From contig CAZDED010000006.1 in the NCBI GenBank assembly GCA_964504535.1, positions 6,409 to 70,408 on the forward strand: DNA of 64,000 nt. The letters are read 5' to 3'. The notes below the pieces were generated by a model. It was given only the letters and a program-made list of their open reading frames with translations. It ran no database searches and was not told where the DNA came from. Both the position numbers and the translations under genes were made by a program. The stretch's first letter is position 1. Every line of letters begins with the position of its first letter. Source of the DNA: an uncultured Gammaproteobacteria bacterium (GTDB lineage Bacteria > Patescibacteriota > Microgenomatia > Levybacterales > GWA1-39-11). Positions 1-9,271 of this stretch are shown here, one piece after another.

Positions 1-2
1 TT

Positions 3-434
3 CAGTCTCTCATTTCGATAGGAAGCGGTGGATTTTTTGGTAAAGGTTTGGGTGAGGGGACGCAGTCTGTCCTCCGTTTTTTACCGGAAAGGCAAACCGA
101 TTTTATCTTTGCCTCAATTTCTGAGGGACTGGGATTTTTGGGTGGAATGAGCATTATCTGTCTTATCTGTTTTTTGCTCTATCGGATATACAAGGTCTCT
201 CAAAATATTCCGGATAAGTATCCATATCTGATTGTAATGGGGGTATTTTTCCTCATTTTAGTTCAAACTGTTACAAATATTGGTATGAATATGGGTATGA
301 TGCCTATAATTGGTGTAACACTCCCCATGGTTTCGTATGGAGGAAGTTCGCTTATCACGAATTTTATTTTATTAGGAATTGTTTCTTCGATAGGGTATGA
401 ATATAAAAGAAAACACGCGATTGAAATCATTTGA
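3..434 (+). CDS. rodA: SEDS family peptidoglycan polymerase RodA/FtsW, 3' part (5' end outside window)
   Basis: Open frame from base 3: QSLISIGSGGFFGKG...FLPERQTDFIF...GVTLPMVSYGGSS, hallmark FtsW/RodA motifs. Confidence 0.88.
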   Translation, partial: QSLISIGSGGFFGKGLGEGTQSVLRFLPERQTDFIFASISEGLGFLGGMSIICLICFLLYRIYKVSQNIPDKYPYLIVMGVFFLILVQTVTNIGMNMGMMPIIGVTLPMVSYGGSSLITNFILLGIVSSIGYEYKRKHAIEII

Positions 435-484
435 CCTATTTTTTGTTGAACAATTGCAAGTTTTTTGGTACAATACTTTCCATT

Positions 485-796
485 ATGAATTACGCAGTTA
501 TTAAAGCTTCAGGCAAGCAGTATAAAGTTACTCCAGGACTCGTTCTTGAAGTCGACAAAATTGAGGGTGAAAATGGTTCGTCTATTTCATTTGATCAAGT
601 ACTTTTGACGGCAGACGACAAAGCAGTCGTCGTAGGGAAGCCTACCGTTAAAGGTGCAGTTGTAACTGCAAAAATTATAGAACAGACAATGGGGGATAAA
701 GTAAGAGTAGCTAAATTTAAAGCAAAGTCAAAATACAGAAGAGCTACAGGGTTCAGATCAAAACTCACAAAAATAGAGATATTAACTATTAAATAA
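485..796 (+). CDS. rplU: 50S ribosomal protein L21
   Basis: MNYAVIKASGKQYKV...KVRVAKFKAKSKYRRATGFRS; ATG 485 chosen over the upstream TTG. Confidence 0.96.
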   Translation: MNYAVIKASGKQYKVTPGLVLEVDKIEGENGSSISFDQVLLTADDKAVVVGKPTVKGAVVTAKIIEQTMGDKVRVAKFKAKSKYRRATGFRSKLTKIEILTIK

Positions 797-816
797 TAGC
801 TATTAGCTAATAAATT

Positions 817-1062
817 ATGGCACATACAAAGTCAGCAGGTTCCGTCAAAGGAAATAAAGATTCGATATCAAAGCGTCTTGGCGTTAAGATATATGGTGGT
901 CAAAAAGCTATTTCAGGAAATATAATTGTCAGACAACGCGGAACACAATTTCATCCTGGAATAGGAGTATCAATGGGGAAAGATTATACGATTTTTGCTA
1001 TATCTGACGGGACTGTCCAGTTTAAAATTGCCCGTGGAAAAAAAGTCGTAGAAGTAGTATAG
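817..1062 (+). CDS. rpmA: 50S ribosomal protein L27
   Basis: MAHTKSAGS...KRLGVK...[10 protein letters not shown]; follows rplU. Confidence 0.97.
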   Translation: MAHTKSAGSVKGNKDSISKRLGVKIYGGQKAISGNIIVRQRGTQFHPGIGVSMGKDYTIFAISDGTVQFKIARGKKVVEVV

Positions 1063-1074
1063 TAATGACTTATT

Positions 1075-1896
1075 ATGGATGATTATAAGACAATGTCTAT
1101 TGTCGAACTGGATTTATCACTCCTGCAGCCAAACCCCCTCCAGCCAAGAGGCCTTATCTCACCTGAATCCCTTACAGATCTCGTAAATTCTATTCGTGAA
1201 CAAGGCATTCTTGAGCCTATTGTTGTTGCAGAAACTCCTGCAGGCTACCAGATTATTGCCGGTGAAAGACGATGGAGAGCAGCAAAGATATTAGGTTTGA
1301 TCAAAGTTCCTGTTGTAGTGAAGCAAACTACACCTCAACAGATGCTTGAAATGTCGATTGTTGAAAATGTTCAACGAGAAGATCTTAATCCTATTGAGCG
1401 GGCGCAAGCATATAAGAGATTGATTGATGAATTCAATCTATCAGTTACCGAGGTTGCAAAAAGGGTTGGAAAATCATTGCCGTACATCTCAAATACTATT
1501 AGACTTTTAACTCTTCCTGATGCAATAAAAGATGCATTAGCCGCAGGCGTCATCACTGAAGGTCACGTGAGACCATTAATTTCCATTGGAGATCCAAAGC
1601 TCATGTTGACTGCTTTTAAGAAAATTTTGGTTGAAGGTATTTCTGTGCGTGGAGCAGAGGATGTTGCACGACAAGTTAAGGCTGAAATACAAAAGAAAGA
1701 GCCTCAAAAGAAAAGTGACAAGATATATATACCTGAACAAGATGAAATGGCTAAAACTTTGAGCCAGAGATATGGATGGAATGTAAAATTCGATCAATCA
1801 CGAGCATTAGGCAAAATAGTTATCACTATCAAAGGATCTGAAGAAAAAACAGGTGAAGAGTTAAAAAGGATATATCAAAGGCTTCTTGAAGCTTGA
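1075..1896 (+). CDS. parB: ParB/Spo0J chromosome partitioning protein
   Basis: NPLQPR, GILEPIVV, IIAGERRWRAA, ENVQREDLNPIE, HTH region. Confidence 0.95.
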   Translation: MDDYKTMSIVELDLSLLQPNPLQPRGLISPESLTDLVNSIREQGILEPIVVAETPAGYQIIAGERRWRAAKILGLIKVPVVVKQTTPQQMLEMSIVENVQREDLNPIERAQAYKRLIDEFNLSVTEVAKRVGKSLPYISNTIRLLTLPDAIKDALAAGVITEGHVRPLISIGDPKLMLTAFKKILVEGISVRGAEDVARQVKAEIQKKEPQKKSDKIYIPEQDEMAKTLSQRYGWNVKFDQSRALGKIVITIKGSEEKTGEELKRIYQRLLEA

Positions 1897-1944
1897 TTTG
1901 CACCTCACTAGCCCTGCAGAAATGGGCCAAATTTCAATTTAGAT

Positions 1945-2505
1945 CTATAAAGAGGCATGTTTGACTATTCTCATGCGTGTAAGAGGCCAATAAACGATAA
2001 ATGATTTACCGATTACGGCGCTTTTCGGGACAAATCCCCACTCGCGAGAATCAGAGCTAAAAGGACGGTTGTCTCCCATTGTGAAATAATTATCGTCTGG
2101 AACAACTACTTCATCGCCTTCTCCAAGGAATGTGCCACCATTCGTTCTCATGTCCGAAGCCAGAAATGCTGATTGGTCAAGTTTTTCGCCGTTGAGATAG
2201 ACGTCACCACCGGAAATTTTTATTCTATCCCCAGGAAGACCAATTATCCTCTTGATGTAGTCCTTCTCTTTATCGGGCGGAGCAACAAATACGATTATGT
2301 CACCTCTATGAAGAGATCCCATTCGCAATGTGATCAGATTTGTCAAAACATATTCTCCATTTTGGAAATTAGGATCCATCGAATGGCCATTAACTTGATA
2401 TGGTCTGAACAAGAATGCATATATGACGACAAAAATAGCTCCGGCAATAACTAACGTCTGGATAAGGTCGAAAAGGAGATAATAAATTTTTCTTAGAACT
2501 TCCAT
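1945..2505 (-). CDS. lepB: Signal peptidase I
   Basis: N-terminal TM, GHSMDP (catalytic Ser), YIKRIIGLPGD (Lys), GDNRPFSSDSR. Confidence 0.95.
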   Translation of the reverse strand: MEVLRKIYYLLFDLIQTLVIAGAIFVVIYAFLFRPYQVNGHSMDPNFQNGEYVLTNLITLRMGSLHRGDIIVFVAPPDKEKDYIKRIIGLPGDRIKISGGDVYLNGEKLDQSAFLASDMRTNGGTFLGEGDEVVVPDDNYFTMGDNRPFSSDSREWGFVPKSAVIGKSFIVYWPLTRMRIVKHASL

Positions 2506-2719
2506 TTTTTTTCGTAAATTATTTTTTCTTTTTTTATTGTGATGTGCTTATAACAGTTTGTCAATCTAAATTATTTTTTTCTGTTACAATACAGAAAAAT
2601 CATGTCCAATTATGCCTGTTTAGCAATCAAGAGTTGAGAGTGATAAGTTGAGGCTGAAATCATTTTGGCCCATCAAATCAATCTAAAATGAATTATAATA
2701 ACTATATCTTAATGATACT

Positions 2720-3748
2720 ATGCATATCAAAAGCAAACAAAGCAAATCAATATTATTCTTAACTAGATTATACCATCCGCACATAGGTGGTGTCGAGAAG
2801 CATGTGAAATTATTGTCGAGAGGCCTTGTTGATGAAGGACATACAGTCACAATTATCACTGAAAGGTTTGACAAAAAATTGCCCCTACACCAAATGATAG
2901 AAGGGACAAAAGTTTACAGGATTCCAGTCGGCAAAAATCAGCGCGCCAAGAAATTTTATATCTGGAAATGGATGTTCTCTCACCTCCCTTTATTGTGGAA
3001 GAATGACGTTATACATATTCACGACGTATTCTTTTGGGTACTACCCGTAAGGTTACTTATTGTAACGAAAAAAGTCTTTATCACATTCCATGGGTATGAG
3101 GGGTATCCTCTAAAAAGGTCATGGGTTTGGCAAAGAAAGATAGCTGAAAAACTGTCAAATGGCTCAATTTGTGTCGGAGAATTTATGAAAAAGTGGTATT
3201 TTACCTCGCCAACCTCAGTTATCTATGGTGCAGTGAGGCTAAACACAAAAAAATACACTGAAAATAGTATGTCAGCTGTGTTTTTTGGAAGATTGGACTC
3301 CCAAACAGGAGTACTAGAATATGTGAAAGCTTATAGCATAATCCGGAAAAAGTATCCAAATTTCAAACTAACTATCGTTGGAGAAGGGGAATTGGCAAAA
3401 AAAATACCCAAAGGGATCAAAATAGTAAAGTTCGTGCCTGACGTATCCGAATATATAGGAAAAAACCGTTTTATATTTGTTTCGCGCTACTTGTCAATGC
3501 TTGAAGCTTTAGTTCAAAAAAAAGAAATTTACGCTGTCTATAATTCCCCCATCATGAAGGATTACCTTTTGATGTCCCCATTTTCTAAATATATTTCAAT
3601 AAGTAATGCGAGCGAAGAGATTGCTGATCAAGTAATGAAGAGTTTAGGGTCAGGTTGTGATCGTAAAAAAACCGAAAAAGGATATGACTGGGCAAAAAAA
3701 CAGACATGGGACAATATTCTCAACACATATCTAAAATTATGGCAATGA
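2720..3748 (+). CDS. Glycosyltransferase family 4
   Basis: HPHIGGVEKHV, ITFHG, FFGRL, LSMLEAL. Confidence 0.85.
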   Translation: MHIKSKQSKSILFLTRLYHPHIGGVEKHVKLLSRGLVDEGHTVTIITERFDKKLPLHQMIEGTKVYRIPVGKNQRAKKFYIWKWMFSHLPLLWKNDVIHIHDVFFWVLPVRLLIVTKKVFITFHGYEGYPLKRSWVWQRKIAEKLSNGSICVGEFMKKWYFTSPTSVIYGAVRLNTKKYTENSMSAVFFGRLDSQTGVLEYVKAYSIIRKKYPNFKLTIVGEGELAKKIPKGIKIVKFVPDVSEYIGKNRFIFVSRYLSMLEALVQKKEIYAVYNSPIMKDYLLMSPFSKYISISNASEEIADQVMKSLGSGCDRKKTEKGYDWAKKQTWDNILNTYLKLWQ

Positions 3749-4647
3749 AAATCTCATTCATAACAACTGTATTCAATGAGGAAAAAAATGTAAAACCTCT
3801 TTTTGAGTCAATATTGAACCAGACGAAACTTCCTTACGAGATTGTTATCGTTGATGCAAAATCTACAGATGGCACGGTAAAAGCTTTAAAAAAGTATAAA
3901 AAGAAATTTGGTGATACTAAATTTTCTATATATTCAAAGAAGGGAAACAGGTCTGTCGGGCGAAATTTTGCCATAGATCAAGCAACTGGAAATATTATAG
4001 TGGCGACAGATGCAGGATGCACTCTAGATAAGAGATGGCTGGAGAGGATGACCTCACCTTTTGCTGACTCAAAAATAGATGTAGTTGCGGGTTTTTATAA
4101 ACCATTTACAAGAAATGTGTTTGAGAAGTGCCTTTCTTGTTATACATGCGTCGCAATCGACCGGGTAACAGATGATTTTCTCCCATCATCACGCTCAATT
4201 GCCTTTAGAAAAATTGCCTGGAAAAAAGTGGGAGGGTATCCCAAGCATTTAGATACGTGTGAGGATTTAGTTTTTGCAAGAAATTTAAAACGTGCACACT
4301 TTAAATTTAAAGTTGTAAAAAATGCATTTGTAATTTGGCCTCAAAGAAATAACATTCTTGAGGCTGGACAACAATTCTTCAACTATGCCCTCGGAGATGG
4401 TCAGGCTTACTATATAAGAAACAATACTTGGCTGCTTTTTGTACGTTATCTTGTCGGATTAATATTGTTTTTTGTTTCAAAACCCTTACTTATTGTTTGT
4501 TTCTTCTTATATATATTGTGGAGTATTTGGAAAAATTATAAATATGTGAGAGATTGGAAAGCATTTCTCTATCTCCCCTTGCTCCAGTTGGTTTCGGATA
4601 TCTGTGTCATAACAGGTACGCTGATTGGTCTTGTTAGGAATCTCTAG
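3745..4647 (+). CDS. Glycosyltransferase family 2 with C-terminal TM segments
   Basis: ISFITTVFNEE, VDAKSTDGT, TDAG (DxD-like), CED; ATGA overlap with upstream gene. Confidence 0.88.
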   Translation: MKISFITTVFNEEKNVKPLFESILNQTKLPYEIVIVDAKSTDGTVKALKKYKKKFGDTKFSIYSKKGNRSVGRNFAIDQATGNIIVATDAGCTLDKRWLERMTSPFADSKIDVVAGFYKPFTRNVFEKCLSCYTCVAIDRVTDDFLPSSRSIAFRKIAWKKVGGYPKHLDTCEDLVFARNLKRAHFKFKVVKNAFVIWPQRNNILEAGQQFFNYALGDGQAYYIRNNTWLLFVRYLVGLILFFVSKPLLIVCFFLYILWSIWKNYKYVRDWKAFLYLPLLQLVSDICVITGTLIGLVRNL

Positions 4648-5868
4648 TTATTTATTGAAGTATCTGTAGATCTGATAAATATATAAAGGAAAAATAAGTA
4701 TATAAGAGACTGTCATTGCCATAGCAACACCTTGTACGCCAGCAACCTTTGATAGTGGGAAAAGCAGTCCTATGAGAAGAATGAATGTTAAAGTGCTAAG
4801 CTTTGTAAGAATCTCAGGTTTTCCTACAGACAAAAATAGTGGACCCCCCGGCCCGATAGACGCTCGAAGAAGGCCATAAATGGAAAGGATTTGAAGTGTT
4901 GGTGCTGCACTCAACCATTTTTCGCCAAATAAGAAAAAGAGAATTTGTTGGGGAAAGAGAAGAAATGGGATTGTAAGGATCAAGGCTGGAACTGTAACGC
5001 TTACGACATTTTTTATAAAAAGACCCTTGAGGTGTTTTTTTTCTTTGTTCCTCTTAACATAGAGAGGGAATGCCACTCTTGAAATAGTGTCTGTAACCTG
5101 AGTGAATGCTAGATTCGCCGTCTTAAAAGCAAAATCATATAGTCCTAGTGCTTCAGTGCCGAAAAATTTACCGATAAATAGATTGTCTATTTGAATACTT
5201 AGATAGTTGATAAGACCTCCCGCTGTTATCCACTTGCCATAAGAGAATAATTTTTTGAGATATTTTTTGTTGAGTGGTTCTCGTGTAGGAAATCTAACAA
5301 TCATATATGAAAAAACTACTTCACTGATAGTGCCTATAATAAGACCCAGTAGTAATGCCGTCGCGGATTGATAGTAAAAGACAAGAATAATTGAGGATAT
5401 GACGGTCATAACAATTGGAATAAATTGAGTCAGAAATACCTTACTGAATTCGAGTTCTTTCTGAAAACGGATTGTTAACGGATTAATAAATCCTCTTAAA
5501 AATGGAATGAGTGATGCAAGGAGTAAAAGATCCAATAGATTTTCGCTTTTAAAAAATTGAGAAAGGAGTGGAGCACTGATGAGAGTAAGAACCGAAAGAA
5601 GCATTCCTCTTGTAATATTTATGACAAGTAATATTTTTGCAATCTTTTTGATATCAACATTTAAGTGTATAGCGGCATAATTAAATCCAGTTTCAGAAAG
5701 CGTTTCAAATGTAGTAATTGTTACCGTAACGAGGGCAAACAGTCCAAAATCTGATGGCATCAAAATTCTTGCAAGAATAGATAATTTCAAGAAAGAGACA
5801 AGTTGAGTAAGTATGTTAAGAAGGGTTAGGTATCCGACACCAAGAAACGCTTTTTTTCGGTAACTCAT
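4648..5868 (-). CDS. Wzx-type polysaccharide flippase (WzxC-like)
   Basis: ILARILMPSDFGLFA, DNLFIGKFFGTEALGLY, multiple TM helices. Confidence 0.88.
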   Translation of the reverse strand: MSYRKKAFLGVGYLTLLNILTQLVSFLKLSILARILMPSDFGLFALVTVTITTFETLSETGFNYAAIHLNVDIKKIAKILLVINITRGMLLSVLTLISAPLLSQFFKSENLLDLLLLASLIPFLRGFINPLTIRFQKELEFSKVFLTQFIPIVMTVISSIILVFYYQSATALLLGLIIGTISEVVFSYMIVRFPTREPLNKKYLKKLFSYGKWITAGGLINYLSIQIDNLFIGKFFGTEALGLYDFAFKTANLAFTQVTDTISRVAFPLYVKRNKEKKHLKGLFIKNVVSVTVPALILTIPFLLFPQQILFFLFGEKWLSAAPTLQILSIYGLLRASIGPGGPLFLSVGKPEILTKLSTLTFILLIGLLFPLSKVAGVQGVAMAMTVSYILIFPLYIYQIYRYFNK

Positions 5869-5942
5869 GAATCCGATTATGGTTCAAAATAGTCAATACT
5901 GCAATAGCAATATGAATGTTTATAAGCTAAAATAGCAACAAA

Positions 5943-7046
5943 ATGAAAATGGCATTCTTTTACAACTTAAAATTTGGAGGGGCAAAAAGGGTTGTAATGG
6001 ATCAGGTTCAATATTTCAAAAGTAAAAAGATAGATACAATTATTTACACGATAAATCATGAGAAAGATATTTTCGATCCTGGACTATACGCAAAAATCAG
6101 AAATTTCAACGTCTCAATAGGAAACACCAGCATACCAGTGATTGGAAAATTTTTTCATATGTATTTTGTGTTTTGGAAATTAAGAAGAGCACAAAAAAAG
6201 ATAGCAGAAATAATTGATTCAAAAAAATACGATATCGTAATAGTTCATCCGGATCAATATACTCAAGCACCATATCTACTACGGTTTCTTAAAACAAAGA
6301 CTATTTACTACACCCAAGAGCCTTATAGGCTCGCGTACGAGCACAGTATGAGAATAGAGCCTCATTTCCCACTTTACATTAAGGTTTTCGAACACGTCAT
6401 CAGGTATCTAGTGAAAGTAGTTGATCGGAAAAATGTAAAATGCGCAACATGGATCGTCGCCAGTAGTCTTAGTGTCCGAGAAAGGATGATCCAAGGTTAC
6501 AACGTTTTTCCCTACATCTGTCCTCCAGGGATAAATACCAAAGTATTTCGGAACAAAAAATTGAGAAGAGACAACATTCTTTTTGTCGGAAGTGAAACTG
6601 ATCCTATTGATGGGTATGATCTACTTCTGAGCTCCCTGGAGTTAATTCCAAAATCAAAAAGACCATTAGTTAAGAAGGTGATTTGGAAGAAAAAAAACAA
6701 TGAACGAATAACAGAAGAGGAATTGTCCGATTTATATAATAGTTCAAAATTAACAGTTTGTATGAGTAGATTCGAAACTTTCGGGTTGATACCTCTAGAA
6801 TCAATGGGTTGTGGAACCCCGGTTGTAGCAACCAATATTGGTGGACACCGAGAAACAATAATTAATGAAGTAACGGGATTTCTTGTTGATCCGGATCCAA
6901 AAGAAATTGCAAATAAAATTTTGTTCCTACTCACAACAAAGCAATATTCATATTATTCCAAAAATGCTCAAGAGCATGTCGCAAAGAATTGGAGCTTACA
7001 AAAAAGAAATGAATACTTCTTAAAAAAAATTGTAAGTTTATTATAG
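5943..7046 (+). CDS. Glycosyltransferase family 4
   Basis: GGAKRV; ETFGLIPLESMGCGTPVVATNIGG (Ex7E). Confidence 0.92.
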   Translation: MKMAFFYNLKFGGAKRVVMDQVQYFKSKKIDTIIYTINHEKDIFDPGLYAKIRNFNVSIGNTSIPVIGKFFHMYFVFWKLRRAQKKIAEIIDSKKYDIVIVHPDQYTQAPYLLRFLKTKTIYYTQEPYRLAYEHSMRIEPHFPLYIKVFEHVIRYLVKVVDRKNVKCATWIVASSLSVRERMIQGYNVFPYICPPGINTKVFRNKKLRRDNILFVGSETDPIDGYDLLLSSLELIPKSKRPLVKKVIWKKKNNERITEEELSDLYNSSKLTVCMSRFETFGLIPLESMGCGTPVVATNIGGHRETIINEVTGFLVDPDPKEIANKILFLLTTKQYSYYSKNAQEHVAKNWSLQKRNEYFLKKIVSLL

Positions 7047-7048
7047 TT

Positions 7049-9271
7049 ATGAAGTTTTCAATCATCTATGTTTACTTCAACACCCCAGAGGAGATACAGG
7101 TATCAATAAATTCCATTGATAAAGCTGTTGGAAAAAATAGTTACGAAATAATTGTTGTTGATAATAACTCAACAAAAAAAATTCCCAGAGCTTTATTCAG
7201 AGACAAACGCGTAACCATCATCAAAAGCAAGACAAATGGAGGATTTGGATATGGGTGTAATCTTGGAGCAAAGTCGGCAACTGGCGAATATATTCTTTTT
7301 CTAAACCCCGATACTGTTTTATTTGAAAACTCAGTAGTTACGATGCTTAAAACTTTTACTGATATGAAGAAAGTTGGAATAGCGGGTCCACTTATGTTAG
7401 ATGGAAAAGACAATAATCTTCCAACAATTAATACTTTCATAACTTTTGGTCGTGCTATTGTTGCTTATTCATTTGTTAACAAGTTATTTCCTAAAAATAT
7501 TGTTTCAAAAAAATTTTGGATGCTAGATACAGACCGCACCAAACTTTCAAAAGTAGATGTAGTAAGTGGTGCCTGTATTCTTATGAGGAAGGAATTGTTC
7601 GAGAAAGTAGGGGGTTTTGATGAAAGTTTTTTTATGTATTTTGAAGAGCAAGATTTATGTCTTAGGATTGTAAAAGAAGGCTACAAGGTTATATTCAACC
7701 CACGTGCTGTCATAAGTCACAGGGTTGGAGCAAGTCTATCTGATAAAAAAGTGATAAAGAGATATTTTCAAAAGAGCAGGTTCCTTTATTTTAAAAAACA
7801 CTTGGGAATTATTCCTGCGCTTTTTGCAGAATTCATACTACGTTTTTTGACATTTAGAAATTTACTAATAAGTGTTCCATTTATTGTCTCGTTAGTCATT
7901 AACTTATACCGACAGGATTCTTTGATGCTTCTTATTGGGGATAGTGCAAGAGATTTTTTGGCTGCTCGTGATATGCTATTGTCCGGAAGTATTCCAATCG
8001 TTGGTATTCCATCATCAGCTCCGTGGTTACACCAGGGGCCGACTTCAGTGTGGCTTATTGGATTTGCATTCTTTTTAACAAAATTTAATCCAGTCGCACC
8101 GGCAATTCTTTTTGGCTTTCTGGGTGCAATAACCACCGTTCTTGTCTGGTATTTGGGAGCAAGACTTTTTAACGAAAAAGTTGGTTTTATCGCTTCTTTG
8201 CTATACGCGACCTCTCCTTTAATTGTTGTGAATGCGCGTATGCCATATCATACATCCTTGATACCTTTTTTTGCAGCGATATTTTTTATTCTGCTTATCA
8301 ATGCATTAAAAAACAAGAAATATTTGCCTTTTCTCTTTTTCAGTTTCGGATTGACACTTTTAGTTGAGCTGTCAAATATTGTTATATTCGGAATTATCTT
8401 TGTACTCTTCTTTTTATTCAAAAAAAAGTTAAAAAAGTTAGACTATGTAAAGATGTTGGTAGGTTTTATTCTGGGGGTATTTCCGTTTGTTCTTTACGAT
8501 TTGCTTTATGGCATCACGTATATAAAGTTTCCGTTATGGATAGCAAACAGAATACGACTTTTTTTCTTCAACTCTAATCATGTCGAAGGAATTGGATTTT
8601 CATTCAACACTCTCACCTCTATCTACCAAGAGATTGCTGCCTCAATATTTCCAACTGCCGGACCTATCAGTATCGGATTATTTGTTGCCGGAATTCTAAT
8701 GCTTTTTATCAAAGTTAGAAAAAAAGGTGACAAAAAGCCGTATGCCATCCTTTTAGTGTGGTTGTTGTTGCCTCTTTTCTCGTTTGCTCTCCACTCATCC
8801 CCAGGGCAAGCGTATTTTACGTTGCTTTTTCCTGCAATAGCCATACTTATTGGGTTTTTCTTGTATAGCATTTTTAGGATTTCAAGAAATGTTGCTATAA
8901 TTTTTGCGGCATGCATACTTTTCATAAATACATTCTCACTTTTTAGAAATGAATTTTTTGTGTTCACCGGGAAAGGCGCACACGTCATGCCACCAATGAA
9001 TTATAGTCTTGGATATTCCTGGAAACTAAGTGACAATGCCTCAAAAGCTATCGTCGATGACGCACGCGGTGAAAAATTCACACTTAAGGCTGCTGGGATT
9101 TTCAAGTTATATACAACTAGTCTGGATCCCTATATATATATGACGTGGTTGCACGGAGGTAAATATAGTCTTTCTTCGGATCTGGTATATACGATTACAG
9201 ATGATCCAAATGACCTTAAAAACCAAAAAATCATTCATCAAAGTAACTTTGAATATGTAGCGAGAAAATGA
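7049..9271 (+). CDS. Fusion of GT2 (rhamnosyltransferase-like) and ArnT/PMT-like membrane glycosyltransferase
   Basis: N-half LFLNPD, SGACIL, GGFDESFFMYFEEQDLC; C-half GDSARDF...HQGP, LYATSP, many TMs. Confidence 0.8.
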   Translation: MKFSIIYVYFNTPEEIQVSINSIDKAVGKNSYEIIVVDNNSTKKIPRALFRDKRVTIIKSKTNGGFGYGCNLGAKSATGEYILFLNPDTVLFENSVVTMLKTFTDMKKVGIAGPLMLDGKDNNLPTINTFITFGRAIVAYSFVNKLFPKNIVSKKFWMLDTDRTKLSKVDVVSGACILMRKELFEKVGGFDESFFMYFEEQDLCLRIVKEGYKVIFNPRAVISHRVGASLSDKKVIKRYFQKSRFLYFKKHLGIIPALFAEFILRFLTFRNLLISVPFIVSLVINLYRQDSLMLLIGDSARDFLAARDMLLSGSIPIVGIPSSAPWLHQGPTSVWLIGFAFFLTKFNPVAPAILFGFLGAITTVLVWYLGARLFNEKVGFIASLLYATSPLIVVNARMPYHTSLIPFFAAIFFILLINALKNKKYLPFLFFSFGLTLLVELSNIVIFGIIFVLFFLFKKKLKKLDYVKMLVGFILGVFPFVLYDLLYGITYIKFPLWIANRIRLFFFNSNHVEGIGFSFNTLTSIYQEIAASIFPTAGPISIGLFVAGILMLFIKVRKKGDKKPYAILLVWLLLPLFSFALHSSPGQAYFTLLFPAIAILIGFFLYSIFRISRNVAIIFAACILFINTFSLFRNEFFVFTGKGAHVMPPMNYSLGYSWKLSDNASKAIVDDARGEKFTLKAAGIFKLYTTSLDPYIYMTWLHGGKYSLSSDLVYTITDDPNDLKNQKIIHQSNFEYVARK

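Noticed and set aside
797-816. Prp protease gene or L27 N-terminal extension between rplU and rpmA
   Set aside because: The spacer is 20 nt and L27 starts directly MAH, so the ordinary non-Firmicute arrangement applies.
2602-2637. 11-aa ORF MSNYACLAIKS after TGtTACAAT as a leader peptide for the glycan island
   Set aside because: Too short to distinguish from chance; no attenuator structure seen.
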